A stretch of 64,000 nucleotides of DNA, taken from contig NC_043008.1 in assembly GCF_006345805.1 (NCBI RefSeq), forward strand, positions 26,102,001 through 26,166,000, written 5' to 3'. Below the pieces are notes generated by a model. That model was not told where the DNA came from and ran no database searches. It saw nothing but the letters and a program-made list of their open reading frames with translations. A program made the translations under genes and the position numbers. This document shows positions 63,221 through 64,000 of this stretch, one piece after another. Each line of letters starts with the position of its first letter. The first letter of the stretch is position 1. This stretch comes from Octopus sinensis. Taxonomy: Eukaryota.

Positions 63221-64000
63221 CATAGATGCTGGCCTCAAAACATTTGTCTATATGCGCATGTTTATGTATGTGTGTGTGATAGAGTTAAAGCAAGAGAATA
63301 TTTATCTGTTTGATATCTCATTTATTTTTTCATTTATTTAAAACAAGTAATTTCTTTATGGCTAAGAACTCATTGAACTATCATTAAACTTAATCATCTT
63401 TTTCCGTAACAGTCACAGATATTCAATTTAAATTTTACAATAATTGAACAAGCTATTGGTGATTTCAACATGAAAAAATATTCCTTAACATCTTTAAAAA
63501 TTTCGTTAGTAAAAATTTATTGTATTACACCAAAATTTCCCACCCATTATTATGTTTTCATAGTTTTAGTCTTCTTAGTTGCTGTTTTGGTGTGTTCCAT
63601 TGCAATTTCAAAATGTATATACATATGTATTATGTATGGATATGTGTATGTAAACCATGGAACTTCCCTTCAACTGTTGCTAGCATTATGGTATCTGTGG
63701 TGGAGTTGCATTCAATAGTATTGGCATAGCAGCTCCTGCTTAATGGCACATTGCAAAAATATTTATGTACATATATATATAGTGTGTGTATGTATGTGTG
63801 TGTATGCACACACACAGGTGCACATGCACACATGCACATGCACACACACATTCCTGCTTTGAGTTTTTCGGTGCTTAGTCTTGGAAACAATTTACATATA
63901 TACTCAAAACATTTAGTTTGTTGAGTGATTTTACATACTGTTTCATTAATCCTGGTTTGATATGCAAGGGAGGGAAGATAATTTTTTATTTCAGAACTAG

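Overview
AT-rich animal genomic DNA, most likely cephalopod (Octopus-like). This is inferred from dense (TA)n/(CA)n/(GA)n microsatellites, RTE LINEs with (GAT)n tails and tRNA-derived SINE families typical of octopus. No intact host protein-coding gene, rRNA, bona fide tRNA, CRISPR array or prokaryotic system is supported, and most short ORFs in the track are microsatellite or repeat noise. The window is a transposon graveyard: several RTE LINE copies, CR1/L2 and CRE-like LINE remnants, at least six Tc1/mariner remnants, a Tigger-like element, a complete-ended Chapaev3-type (CMC) element with TAA target duplication, two copies of a non-autonomous Helitron, and SINEs. The most striking signal is a Penelope-like element (PLE) ecosystem. 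It includes a long decayed RT plus GIY-YIG element with inverted flanks and a 14-bp target duplication, a solo GIY-YIG/pLTR unit with 349-bp inverted arms carrying a complete type I hammerhead ribozyme, several minimal hammerheads in short non-autonomous units (one behind a tRNA-like head), a 258-bp near-perfect palindrome and a nested AT-rich foldback. Many of these sit in or next to (TA)n or (TTA)n tracts. All calls were made by eye without database searches.
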